From: Chthoniobacterales bacterium
GTDB lineage: Bacteria; Verrucomicrobiota; Verrucomicrobiia; Chthoniobacterales; JAFAMB01
Length of the DNA: 64,000 bases
Direction of reading: 5' to 3'
Assembly (NCBI GenBank): GCA_036401335.1
Contig: DASWVC010000054.1
Span: 411 to 64,410 of the forward strand
Shown in pieces: positions 42,854 through 51,914 of the stretch. The translations under genes were made by a program, and so were the position numbers. Positions within the stretch are counted from its first letter, which is position 1; every line of letters starts with the position of its first letter. The notes under the pieces are model-generated. The model was not told the origin of the DNA. It ran no database searches and saw only the letters and a program-made list of their open reading frames with translations.

Positions 42854-44617
42854 GTGATGCCGTTTGGTCAAGGAGCCGCCCGGGTCGGCTTTAAACGCAC
42901 GGAGCGGGGTTTGAGGCGACCAGGTATAGTTTCCAAATTACTGGCCTTGTTCGGGCGCGACGGCAACGACCGTGGTTCCGAGGATGGCAGGGTTGTCCCA
43001 GGCGATGTCTCGCTGCCCTGGAAAGTGTTGCTTTACCTGCCGTTTGATTCGGAGGTGCCATCCTGGATCAGCAGCGTTGCCAAACGCGGGTTCCAGGTCG
43101 AAGTCCGCACAACACCGGATTTACCATCGGTTGCGCACCGGCCGGACGCGGTGCTGATAGACACTTCGGACCGGGTGGAGGAGGCGGTTCGATACGTGAA
43201 GCGCGCACAGGTCCACTTTGGAGGCCAAGCCGTTTTCACGGCGGTATTGGTGCACTCGCCGGACTTCATGCGAACACAAGGAAAACGGCTTCTGGACGCG
43301 GGAGCATCGCGGGTGTTCCAACCAACCAACGCCCGCGACGCACAGATCCTGACCGGACTGAAAGTCGCGTTCACTCCAGGTTACCTGGACCCATCCCTAC
43401 AATTTCCACCCTTACAATCCTTAAGACCGTTGCCTCCCGCCGGCGAAGCGGGAGCTTCTCACAACCACATTCTACTTGTGGTGGACGACCCGGTGATCGC
43501 CAACCTATTGACCAGGATCCTGGAGGAAGGTGAATTTACCACGACCGTGATCCCGGACGTGGAAGCGGCGATGAGGTGGTTGGAACACGCCCATCCGGCG
43601 GCGGTGTTGCTTGATTCGGTTCTGCCGGGCCTGGCGGGCCTTGAAGCGGTAAAACGGTTCCATGCTCCGCGTGCTACGGGCACCGCTTTGCCGGTCGTGG
43701 TTTTCGTTGGCACCCTGGCGCCGGTCTCCGAGAACCAACTGCTTGAAGCCGGCGCGGCCCAAGTGTACCGGAAAGCCGACGTCGATGCGCGCAAGCTGTT
43801 GAACACGTTTGCAGCCCTTCTTCGTCGGGCCCCCTCGGATGAACATGGCGTGGGGTTCGACGATAAGGCTGCCGCATTTTCTAAACCAGATTCGGTTTTG
43901 TTCGGCGAAATCCGGGAGGTGCTCATGCAGCAAGCGCCAGGGATCTGTGGCGAACTGCTCCGCTTGCTGGGTCAGGTGGCCCACGAGGAAAACCCGGAAA
44001 CCGAAAAACTGAAGCAACTGCACCGGAAGCTGCACTCGTTGGCCGGGCACGCAGGGCTGGCCGGTTTATCTCGAGTGAGCACCCTGGCCGGAGCTTTGGC
44101 GTCATTGGTCGACGAACTCCTCGGGCGCAACGCATCGTTCACCCACTCGATCCGACGCACCCTGGCTCAAGGCATCGAGCTTACCACTGAGCTTTTCGGA
44201 AGGGCGGACGAATTCATGCCCGCAACGATTCCCGTGTTGGCGGTGGATGACGAAGAGGTCAGCCGGCGGGTGTTGAGTCACGCCCTCCAGAAAGTGGACC
44301 TTCGCCCCACCGTTCTTTCGTCTTCGGAGGAGGCGTTGCCGGAAGTCCGGGCACGCCGGTATGACCTGATTTTTCTGGACGTCGAAATGCCAGGCTTAAG
44401 CGGCCTGGAACTGTGCCGCCGGATCCGGGAATTGCCAGCCTACCGCACGACGCCGGTAGTGTTTGTCACGTCAAAGGACTCACTGGCAATCTCTCTGGAA
44501 ACCGCAAGAAGCGGCGGTACGGATTTTATCAAAAAACCGTTTGGCCTTCGGGAACTGGCCGTAAAAGCGCTGATTTACCTGTTGGAACAACCGGGCACGC
44601 CGCCTTCATCGGGCTAA
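42854..44617 (+). CDS. multidomain phosphorelay protein: pseudo-receiver, receiver, Hpt, receiver
   Basis: 587 aa. REC blocks ILLVVDDPVIANLL...LLDSVLPGLAGLE and VLAVDDEEVSRRVL...IFLDVEMPGLSGLELCRRIR...PVVFVTS. Hpt-like HRKLHSLAGHAGLAGL lies between them. Confidence 0.75.
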   Translation: MMPFGQGAARVGFKRTERGLRRPGIVSKLLALFGRDGNDRGSEDGRVVPGDVSLPWKVLLYLPFDSEVPSWISSVAKRGFQVEVRTTPDLPSVAHRPDAVLIDTSDRVEEAVRYVKRAQVHFGGQAVFTAVLVHSPDFMRTQGKRLLDAGASRVFQPTNARDAQILTGLKVAFTPGYLDPSLQFPPLQSLRPLPPAGEAGASHNHILLVVDDPVIANLLTRILEEGEFTTTVIPDVEAAMRWLEHAHPAAVLLDSVLPGLAGLEAVKRFHAPRATGTALPVVVFVGTLAPVSENQLLEAGAAQVYRKADVDARKLLNTFAALLRRAPSDEHGVGFDDKAAAFSKPDSVLFGEIREVLMQQAPGICGELLRLLGQVAHEENPETEKLKQLHRKLHSLAGHAGLAGLSRVSTLAGALASLVDELLGRNASFTHSIRRTLAQGIELTTELFGRADEFMPATIPVLAVDDEEVSRRVLSHALQKVDLRPTVLSSSEEALPEVRARRYDLIFLDVEMPGLSGLELCRRIRELPAYRTTPVVFVTSKDSLAISLETARSGGTDFIKKPFGLRELAVKALIYLLEQPGTPPSSG

Positions 44618-44932
44618 GGCGAGGATCGAGAAGCCGGGAAATCTGGCCACACAATTCCGTTGCCGGGACCCGCATCCTGTCCCATGGTTCAACACCGTCA
44701 GGGACTATGGATCGTAGACACGCGAACCCCGCCAGGGCAGGAATGCAGCAACGGTAGTGTGCTTTGCGTTGCCGTAGTTCTCTGACGGCTTTTTTTGACT
44801 TTTTGACGGGATGTCTGGCAAATGTTGAAACTCACGGTCAGTAGTGCCCCGACGCCTTCCTTCCCGAATCGCTGAACCTTGTTGCAGGGTTCCAACCGAA
44901 GCAGCCAACCTGCGCCGCCGCGAAAAGAAAGG

Positions 44933-45307
44933 ATGAAAATCGTACCACGCAATGTGCATGGCATTCTTGACTACCTGGTAGGCCTGCTGCTGGCGGCGTC
45001 GCCCTGGCTCTTCCATTTTGCCGATGGTGGACCCGCTACGTTCATTCCGGTTGTGCTTGGCCTGGGGGCGCTTCTTTACAGCTTGCTCACGGATTACGAA
45101 CTTGGCGTGGCGCGCATCATCCCCTTTACCACCCACCTGATACTGGATTTCGTGTCCGGCGTTCTGTTGCTCGTCTCGCCCTGGCTGTTTGGCTTTCACG
45201 ACCATGTTTACCTTCCCCACGTCGTGTTCGGTCTGCTGGAGATCGGTGCGGCCGTCATGACTCGTAACGATGCCGTGGCCAACATCAATCGGGTGGTTCG
45301 CCGGTGA
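44933..45307 (+). CDS. SPW-repeat membrane protein
   Basis: ORF 44879-45307; start taken at MKIVPRN. Two internally repeated halves each carry the SPWLF motif (LLLAASPWLFHF, LLLVSPWLFGF). Confidence 0.6.
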   Translation: MKIVPRNVHGILDYLVGLLLAASPWLFHFADGGPATFIPVVLGLGALLYSLLTDYELGVARIIPFTTHLILDFVSGVLLLVSPWLFGFHDHVYLPHVVFGLLEIGAAVMTRNDAVANINRVVRR

Positions 45308-45348
45308 GCACCTTGCAGCGGTGAAAAGCCGTTGGTGAAATCCAAAGG

Positions 45349-47634
45349 TTGAATTTCGCCGGGAGCCTGTTTTCTCTGGAGAGATTGGAAACAGAGCTCA
45401 CGATCCTTAGTGGCCTTACGCCCCGGACGCACGCGGTGACTGGAACGAGCGTCCTTGGGCGGGCAGCGGAAGCCGACGTGGTCTTGCCTCACCCGGAGAT
45501 CTCACGTCGTCATTGCCGGATTCTGCAGGTCGAAACGCGTTGGTACGTCGAAGACCTCGGGAGCCAGCGCGGCACTTTCCTCAATGACGCCCGCATCGGC
45601 GGACGGATGGAGCTTCATCCTGGCGACCGCCTGACCCTGGGCCCCGTCGTCCTGGTTTTCGGTCAGGCTGCCGTGCCTTCCGAGGCCGCCGAAACCGTCA
45701 AGGGGCGGATGCGCGTCAACGGGCAACTGACGAACGTCATTCCACTAGGGAAAACGATTGTTTTGGGTCGAGGAGAAGACGTGGACGTGCAGCTCAATGA
45801 CACAGCCATCTCCCGCCAGCATGCCCGTATCCAGAAAGAGAGCCAAGGGTACCGCATCTTCGACCTGCACAGCAAAGCGGGTTCTTTTGTCAACGGACGA
45901 CGGTTTGATGAACACGCCCTGGTGATCGGTGACCAGGTTCAGATCGGGCCTTTTTGTTTCGTTTTTGACGGACGCCAACTTGCGCGGATTCACCGATTGG
46001 CATCCGGGCGCATCCTTGCCCGTAACCTGGCAAAAACGGGCGGCAGCACGTTGATCCTGAAAAACGTCTCCTTTAGCGCCACGCAGGGCCAATTTATCGG
46101 CATTCTGGGACCAAGCGGCGCCGGCAAAACCACGCTGCTGAACGCCCTTTCAGGCCTTCGCCCGGCCGACACCGGACAGGTCCTGGTAGACGGCACCGAC
46201 TACTACGCCCACCTCGACGACCTGAGGGCTAAGTTCGGTTACGTCCCCCAGGACGACATCGTGCACGCTGAGTTGACGCTGCAACAAGCCTTGTCCTTCG
46301 CCGCTCGCCTCCGGCTTCCCGCCGGCACGCCGCGGCCCGAAATCCGCACCCTGATCTCCCACACGGTCGAGCAACTCGGATTGTCCGAACGTGCCGGGGT
46401 CCGGATCGGGCAGCTTTCCGGCGGGCAGCGCAAACGGGCCAGCGTGGCTGCGGAATTGCTGAACCGGCCGTCCCTGTTGTTTCTCGACGAACCTACCTCC
46501 GGCCTGGATCCGCTGGCCGAATTCCGGCTGATGGAGCTCCTGCGACGGTTGGCAGACACCGGTTGCACCGTCATCTGCACCACGCACGTGATGGAAAACG
46601 TGTACCTGATGGACGAGATCGCCGTCCTGGTCGAAGGCCAGCTCATTTTCCAGGGCGCGCCAGATGCCGCGCGCGCGCACTTCAACGTCAGCCGGCTCAG
46701 CGGGCTCTACGACGCGCTCCAGTCACCTGATTGCACCAGCCTGAGCCCTTTCGAGCCTCCCATCCCTGACGAAACCACGACCGAGACCCGTACCTTCCCC
46801 AAGAAAGAGCGCCGGGCTGCCTCGCTGCCCATTTTGTTGGAGCGGCAAGCAGCCATCTTTCGGGCCGACCCTAAGAATCTTTGGATCGTGCTCGGGCAAC
46901 CCGTTCTGATCGGCGCGTTGGTGGCCTGGGCCAGCCAGTCCGCTCCGCTGGCCCAATTCTTTGCCTACATCACCACCCTCTGGTTCGGTTGCAGCAACTC
47001 GGCCCAGGAAATTGTGCGGGAGCTGCCCATTTACCGGAGGGAACGCCTGGTCGGCCTGGGCCGATGGAGTTACCTGCTGGCGAAGCTGGTGTGGATGGGC
47101 GGCCTGACGTCACTGCAGGTGGCGCTGCTGTTTCTCATCATTACCCTGGTCGGACCGGTCGGGCCTGGACTTTGGCCCCTTCAACTGGCCAGCCTTGTCC
47201 TCCTGGCGTTTGCCGCCACCGGCATCGGCCTCACGGTCTCCACCCTGGCCAGGTCTCCCCTCCAGGCCATGATGCTGGTTCCCATGATCCTCATTCCCCA
47301 GATCCTTTTTTCAGGGTTTACCGTGCCGGTCGGTGACATGGCGTCCACGGTTTTGCCCGTGAGCAAGGTCTTTCCAAGTTTTGCCGCAGAACGCATTGTG
47401 GATTGCAGTTTCATCCTCGGAAAACCGATCACGGGGGATCTGGTCCGCGATTTCTCCACCGCTTACCAAAACCTGAACCAGTGGCAGCGCCAAAGCCGGC
47501 GGCCTCGTCTGATGAATGGCGCCCGTTTCGAAGACACCACGCCGGTGCTTCTGAGCTTCCTTAACCTGAGCCTCTGGACGGCCGGGGGCTTTTTGGCCTC
47601 CTCGGTTTTGCTGGCCCGGAAGGAACGAGGGTGA
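45349..47634 (+). CDS. FHA-FHA-ABC transporter fusion (ATPase plus ABC-2/ABCG-like permease)
   Basis: 761 aa. Two FHA cores (GR..EADVVLPHPEISRRHCRI...GSQRGTFLN and GRGEDVDVQLNDTAISRQHARI...HSKAGSFVNG). Walker A GPSGAGKTT, signature LSGGQRKR, Walker B LLFLDEPTSGLD, then about 6 TM helices. Confidence 0.82.
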   Translation: MNFAGSLFSLERLETELTILSGLTPRTHAVTGTSVLGRAAEADVVLPHPEISRRHCRILQVETRWYVEDLGSQRGTFLNDARIGGRMELHPGDRLTLGPVVLVFGQAAVPSEAAETVKGRMRVNGQLTNVIPLGKTIVLGRGEDVDVQLNDTAISRQHARIQKESQGYRIFDLHSKAGSFVNGRRFDEHALVIGDQVQIGPFCFVFDGRQLARIHRLASGRILARNLAKTGGSTLILKNVSFSATQGQFIGILGPSGAGKTTLLNALSGLRPADTGQVLVDGTDYYAHLDDLRAKFGYVPQDDIVHAELTLQQALSFAARLRLPAGTPRPEIRTLISHTVEQLGLSERAGVRIGQLSGGQRKRASVAAELLNRPSLLFLDEPTSGLDPLAEFRLMELLRRLADTGCTVICTTHVMENVYLMDEIAVLVEGQLIFQGAPDAARAHFNVSRLSGLYDALQSPDCTSLSPFEPPIPDETTTETRTFPKKERRAASLPILLERQAAIFRADPKNLWIVLGQPVLIGALVAWASQSAPLAQFFAYITTLWFGCSNSAQEIVRELPIYRRERLVGLGRWSYLLAKLVWMGGLTSLQVALLFLIITLVGPVGPGLWPLQLASLVLLAFAATGIGLTVSTLARSPLQAMMLVPMILIPQILFSGFTVPVGDMASTVLPVSKVFPSFAAERIVDCSFILGKPITGDLVRDFSTAYQNLNQWQRQSRRPRLMNGARFEDTTPVLLSFLNLSLWTAGGFLASSVLLARKERG

Positions 47635-47697
47635 AGAACGTCCCGGCGTGGCGGCGTGACCGGGAACCCGGGAGGGCGCCGGGAGTGCCGTCAGCCG

Positions 47698-48669
47698 TTA
47701 CAAGTTTCCCATGCGGGAATCGCTTTCCCGCCCCTCGGACCGCTCGCGCGGTGGAGATTCCAACCCATTCACCCCTAACACCCGTACCCCCTGCTGTTTG
47801 CCTTTAAGCTGGAATTGGCCGAGATCCACGAGGTCGCGCCCTGGCGGCAGGACCGTTCCAAAATCCTGGGACAGCACCAGGTTGCGGTTCAATTCTTTCA
47901 TCACACCTTCCAACCGGAACGCCGTGTTCACGGCATCCCCGATGATCGTCGCGTCACGCATCGCGACCTGGCCGATGTTGCCACTGGTCACGCGCCCAAA
48001 ATGGAGGGCGATGCCCACCCGAAACGACTGTCCGGTTTCCGGCCAGCTCCGCTTGGCAGCCAACTCAAGCAACGTCGCAGCGACGTCCAGGCAGGTGGCA
48101 CACTCGGTGCCTTGTTGATCGCGTGCAGGCCAGTAGGCAAGCACGGCGTCGCCGATGTATTTGTCGATGATGCCGCCGGCCGATTGGACTGCATTGCCAA
48201 TGTCGCGAAACCAATTCCCGAGCACTAACGCGAGCTGACGCTCTTCCAGCCTTTCCGCCATGGCGCTGAAGCCGCGGATGTCGCAAACGAGGATGGCCAC
48301 CGACAAGGAGGCATGCTGCCCCTCCAAGCTCAGGGCGGCCAACGTGATGTCCGTAGCCTCACCGGGTTCTTCGTCCAGGGTTTGCTCGAAAATCAGTTCG
48401 TAATTGGCAATGCGCACCCGCGCACCGGACTGGAGCACAACCGGCATCACCACCCGCTGATCATTAACGTAAGTCCCATTGCGACTGCCCAGGTCCATGA
48501 TCTGATATTCGTACCCATTGTGACAGCGGACGATCGCATGCTGCCGGGATACGTGGGTACCTGGCAACGACACCGTATTATCGAGGGTACGCCCGATGGT
48601 CGCAGTGTTGCTTACAACCTGTTCGAACAACGGCTCACCTGGCGAGTAGACGCGAAACCTTGCGGGCAT
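47698..48669 (-). CDS. FHA-domain class III adenylate/guanylate cyclase
   Basis: ORF 47698-48795; start moved to MPARFRVY (48669) because the longer version would overlap the riboswitch. FHA core IGRTLDNTVSLPGTHVSRQHAIV...GSRNGTYVN. Cyclase blocks VAILVCDIRGFSAM and IGDAVLAYW. Confidence 0.78.
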   Translation of the reverse strand: MPARFRVYSPGEPLFEQVVSNTATIGRTLDNTVSLPGTHVSRQHAIVRCHNGYEYQIMDLGSRNGTYVNDQRVVMPVVLQSGARVRIANYELIFEQTLDEEPGEATDITLAALSLEGQHASLSVAILVCDIRGFSAMAERLEERQLALVLGNWFRDIGNAVQSAGGIIDKYIGDAVLAYWPARDQQGTECATCLDVAATLLELAAKRSWPETGQSFRVGIALHFGRVTSGNIGQVAMRDATIIGDAVNTAFRLEGVMKELNRNLVLSQDFGTVLPPGRDLVDLGQFQLKGKQQGVRVLGVNGLESPPRERSEGRESDSRMGNL

Positions 48670-48786
48670 GGCAGGCCACAAAAATGCCAGCTTACCACCC
48701 TGTTTGCCAGTCTCTTTAGAGTAAGGCGGATCGCTGAGGTCAATTTCTTGTTGACGCTCCCCCTGGGTGCCCGTAATTTCGGCCCA

Positions 48787-48900
48787 CTCCATCAAGAGTA
48801 GCAGAGGGACTGGCCCGTTGAAGCTACGGCAACCGGTTCGGCGAAAGCCGAACGCCCAGGTGCCAAATCCAGCCTTGAGAAATCAAGGGCAGATGGTGAG
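48787..48900 (+). promoter_or_regulatory. SAM-I (S-box) riboswitch
   Basis: Hallmark strings GAGGGACTGGCCC (48804-48816), GGCAACC (48828-48834) and GGTGCCAAATCCAGC (48859-48873). P3 hairpin GGTTCGGC-GAAA-GCCGAAC (48835-48853). P4 hairpin CCTTGA-GAAA-TCAAGG (48873-48888). P1 CTCCATC (48787-48793) pairs with GATGGTGAG (48892-48900). Lies directly upstream of the thrC-like gene. Confidence 0.78.
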
Positions 48901-48948
48901 CAATGCGTGTCTATCCGCGGCTCTTGGTGGGTACCCTACACCCGCCCT

Positions 48949-50208
48949 ATGGATAAACGCCCCAACTTTTCGCACTTGCAATGTCGTGAGTGCGGCCGTC
49001 GGTACCCCAAAGAAGCCATTCACGTTTGCGAGTTTGACTTTGGACCGCTCGAGGCAGCCTACGACTACGAGGCCATCAAGGCCGTTGTCTCCCGGGATCT
49101 CATCGCCCAACGGCCCCGATCCATGTGGCGGTACCGCGAGCTTCTTCCGATCGAAGGGCAGCCGTCTGTTGGGTTGCAAACCGGATGCACTCCGTTGGTG
49201 CGGGCCAAGCGCTTGGCTGAAAGGTTGGGAGTCAGCGAACTTTATATAAAGAATGATGCCGTAAACCATCCCACCTTGTCCTTCAAGGACCGGGTGGTAT
49301 CTGTGGCGCTCACCCGTGCCAAGGAACTCGGACTCGACACGGTCGCCTGTGCGTCAACCGGCAACCTGGCGAATTCGGTGGCCGCCAATGCAGCCGCAGC
49401 CGGTCTCCGCAGCTTTGTCCTGATCCCGGCCGACCTGGAGCCGAGCAAAGTGGTGAACTCACTCATTTACGGCACCAACGTCGTGGGCGTTCGGGGCTCC
49501 TACGATCAGGTCAACCGGTTGTGCGCTGAGGTTGCCGGTAAATTTGGGTGGGGGTTTGTGAACGTAAACCTTCGCCCTTACTATGCCGAAGGGTCGAAAA
49601 CCTTGGGGTTCGAGGTCGTAGAACAACTCGGTTGGAAGTTGCCGCAACATACCGTGGTGTGCATGGCCAGCGGTTCATTGCTGACCAAGGTTCACAAAGC
49701 CTATAAAGAATTCGTGCAGGTGGGCTTGGTTGACGACACGCCGACCTGCATCTACGGCGCTCAGGCCAGCGGCTGTTCACCCATCACCACGGCCATCAAA
49801 AACAAAAGCGAGGTTGTCCGGCCCGTGCCAAACCCCCGGACAATCGCCAAATCGTTGTCCATTGGGACCCCCGCAGATGGGTACTACGCCATCCGCACGA
49901 TGGAGGAGACCGGTGGGACCGGCGAAGACGCCTCGGATCCCGAAATCATCGAAGGCATCAAATTGCTCGCTGAAACGGAGGGCATTTTTGCTGAAACGGC
50001 GGGCGGTGTGACCGTCGCCTGTGCGAAAAAATTGATCGAGGCAGGTAAAATTCCGCGTGACGAAAGCATCGTCCTTTGCATCACCGGCTATGGCCTTAAA
50101 ACGCAGGAGGCCATCGTCGAACACGTGGGACGCCCCCACTACATCCAGCCGCAACTGCGCGAGTTCGAAGCATTGATCTCTGAACAATCCACTCTTTCCC
50201 CTAAATAA
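48949..50208 (+). CDS. threonine synthase homologue (PLP enzyme; candidate sulfur-carrier-dependent homocysteine synthase)
   Basis: ORF from GTG 48907; ATG 48949 preferred. N-terminal Zn-ribbon-like CRECG...VCEF. PLP-lysine motif HPTLSFKDR. Glycine-rich GNLANS loop. Confidence 0.8.
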   Translation: MDKRPNFSHLQCRECGRRYPKEAIHVCEFDFGPLEAAYDYEAIKAVVSRDLIAQRPRSMWRYRELLPIEGQPSVGLQTGCTPLVRAKRLAERLGVSELYIKNDAVNHPTLSFKDRVVSVALTRAKELGLDTVACASTGNLANSVAANAAAAGLRSFVLIPADLEPSKVVNSLIYGTNVVGVRGSYDQVNRLCAEVAGKFGWGFVNVNLRPYYAEGSKTLGFEVVEQLGWKLPQHTVVCMASGSLLTKVHKAYKEFVQVGLVDDTPTCIYGAQASGCSPITTAIKNKSEVVRPVPNPRTIAKSLSIGTPADGYYAIRTMEETGGTGEDASDPEIIEGIKLLAETEGIFAETAGGVTVACAKKLIEAGKIPRDESIVLCITGYGLKTQEAIVEHVGRPHYIQPQLREFEALISEQSTLSPK

Positions 50209-50216
50209 TACCTGTC

Positions 50217-50492
50217 ATGCCTGTCCCTGTTCGTATCCCTACCCCGCTCCGCAAGTTGACCGACAACCAGGAGGTCGTCCAAGTCAACGGAGCTAACATT
50301 CGCGAAGTCATCAACAGCCTCGAATCCGCGTTTCCCGGGTTGAAAGAACGCATCTGCGACGATAAAAACCAGATCCGCCGCTTTGTGAATGTGTTCGTCA
50401 ACGAAGAAGACATCCGCTTCCTGCAGGATTCCGAGACCCCGGTGAAAAGCGGAGACGAGATTAGCATTGTCCCGGCCATTGCGGGCGGGTAA
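50217..50492 (+). CDS. MoaD/ThiS-family ubiquitin-like sulfur carrier protein
   Basis: 91 aa, ending in ...SIVPAIAGG (C-terminal Gly-Gly). Starts 8 nt after the thrC-like stop. Confidence 0.75.
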   Translation: MPVPVRIPTPLRKLTDNQEVVQVNGANIREVINSLESAFPGLKERICDDKNQIRRFVNVFVNEEDIRFLQDSETPVKSGDEISIVPAIAGG

Positions 50493-50973
50493 ATCCGTCC
50501 CAGCCCCTTTTTTCTGTTCTGGTTAAGCTAGTGCTGGAAACGCGGCCGGGGCCCCCTTACCGTGTTCTTGAGCGGAGCACAAGTCCAGAGACGGACCTGG
50601 TCCCCGGGTCTGGCCCTCTCCACTCCGGGGCTGCCGTGGGGCCGAACACAACCTCATGGTTTACTCCTGATCCCCCACCTTTTCCCGTGAGGGTTCCTGG
50701 TCCGCGGTTTCCGGCCGCGAGGTGCCGCTCTCCGGTTGGTCATCCACGGCGCCGTCCTTGCCTCCATCCGGTTCGTCTCTCAAAGTGCTCATGGTTAATG
50801 ATCGCGGCGCGTTTTCGCAACGCCTTGCCCCAGAAGCCTTTTTTCGGTTTTTAGGCCGCTACCATAAACCCGTCCCGGAGGCACCCTGTTGCAGGTAACA
50901 TAAGGAAACCATGATGCGGCCAAAGCGTCGGTTGTCCCCAACCGACTACGGGATTGAGGCGGACCACGATCCC

Positions 50974-51002
50974 GGGCACTTGAGGACAAGCTCCCCTACC
51001 GG
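50974..51002 (+). repeat. GGACAAGCTCCCCTACC repeat core, copy 4
   Basis: GGGCACTTGAGGACAAGCTCCCCTACCGG. Confidence 0.8.
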
Positions 51003-51139
51003 AGAAGGCACTCGCCGGGGAGAGAAGCTTATCAGAACGCATGGCTGCCAGACGCCCGGGAAAGGGCGTTGCGGCCGGGCAGCCGCAATCGCCACCGGCA
51101 TGCCGGGTCAGCAAGTCCCCTTGTTCGGTGGACGCTTGC

Positions 51140-51676
51140 TTAGCGATCGGTCCGATGGCCACGGCGCCGGAGGTGAAATCCGAACAACGAAAGCCCACCT
51201 ACCAGGACGAGGGCCAACACCGATGGTTCGGGAACAGCAGCAACCGTCAACCTGGCATTCTCATGGTGGAAACTGCTGTAGACGCCACTCTGCTGAAAGA
51301 ACCCGTAGATGTCGTAAGTACCCGGCAGGAATTGCCCTTGGGTGCCACTGGCAGTCTCACCAATGAAAGGTTTGTCGAAGGCTGCAATCGCGGTTGACCA
51401 ACCCGTGTTCGCCAAAAACACGTTCGTCCCAAACCGTGCATCCAACGACACCGGTTGTTGCACGACCTGCGCATTGATTGAAAGCGTCAGATTTTGCACC
51501 GCAATGACCTGACTTGCCGCGCCGGGATCGATGGAAAACGTTGGGACTTGGAACGACAGCGAAAACGCCTTCCCATTGTCGAGTGGACCTTGCAGCGAGA
51601 CGGATTCCAACTCGGCCCGCGTTATTCCGGGGGTGAGCGCGACGGCGAAAAGGACAAGGCTAAAAAAGCGATGCAT
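51140..51676 (-). CDS. PEP-CTERM sorting-domain secreted protein
   Basis: ORF 51140-51736; start taken at MHRFFSLVLFAVAL (signal peptide). C-terminal VPEPSVLALVLVGGLSLFGFHLRRR is a PEP-CTERM anchor. Confidence 0.7.
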   Translation of the reverse strand: MHRFFSLVLFAVALTPGITRAELESVSLQGPLDNGKAFSLSFQVPTFSIDPGAASQVIAVQNLTLSINAQVVQQPVSLDARFGTNVFLANTGWSTAIAAFDKPFIGETASGTQGQFLPGTYDIYGFFQQSGVYSSFHHENARLTVAAVPEPSVLALVLVGGLSLFGFHLRRRGHRTDR

Positions 51677-51914
51677 GGCTACTTGAATCGCTCGCCCACG
51701 GAGAAAAGCTCGTGGAAGATGGCGGTTCCAGGTCAAACATTTTTGTGTGTTGTTACGGTAGGTTTAAGTAGGTTCAGCCGGCACAGTTTATAAAATTTGT
51801 CTCTTAACATCGACTGGCCGAAAAGGTGCTTCTAAATACGCCTCTCAATGGGCGTTATTGCGGCACAAGGGCCGTTCGCGACCAGCGACAAAACAAAGGC
51901 GTCGTCCCAGACCG

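Noticed and set aside
44771-44796. Possible terminator GCCGT-N9-ACGGC followed by TTTTTTT, downstream of the response-regulator gene
   Set aside because: It has only a 5-bp stem with a 9-nt loop and lies 150 nt past the stop. That is too weak to call without energy calculation or transcript data.
50531-50854. 107-aa Pro/Gly-rich plus-strand ORF, and a 43-aa acidic minus-strand ORF (50661-50792), in the moaD-to-PEP-CTERM spacer
   Set aside because: Neither has a ribosome-binding site, recognisable motifs or supporting context. The region may hold regulatory or repeat sequence, but I cannot support a gene.
51790-51860. Candidate sigma70-like promoter (TCGACT-17 nt-TAAATA) upstream of jetA
   Set aside because: The match is weak (4/6 at the -35) and the promoter consensus of this lineage is unknown. 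It is noted only as part of an AT-rich divergent control region.
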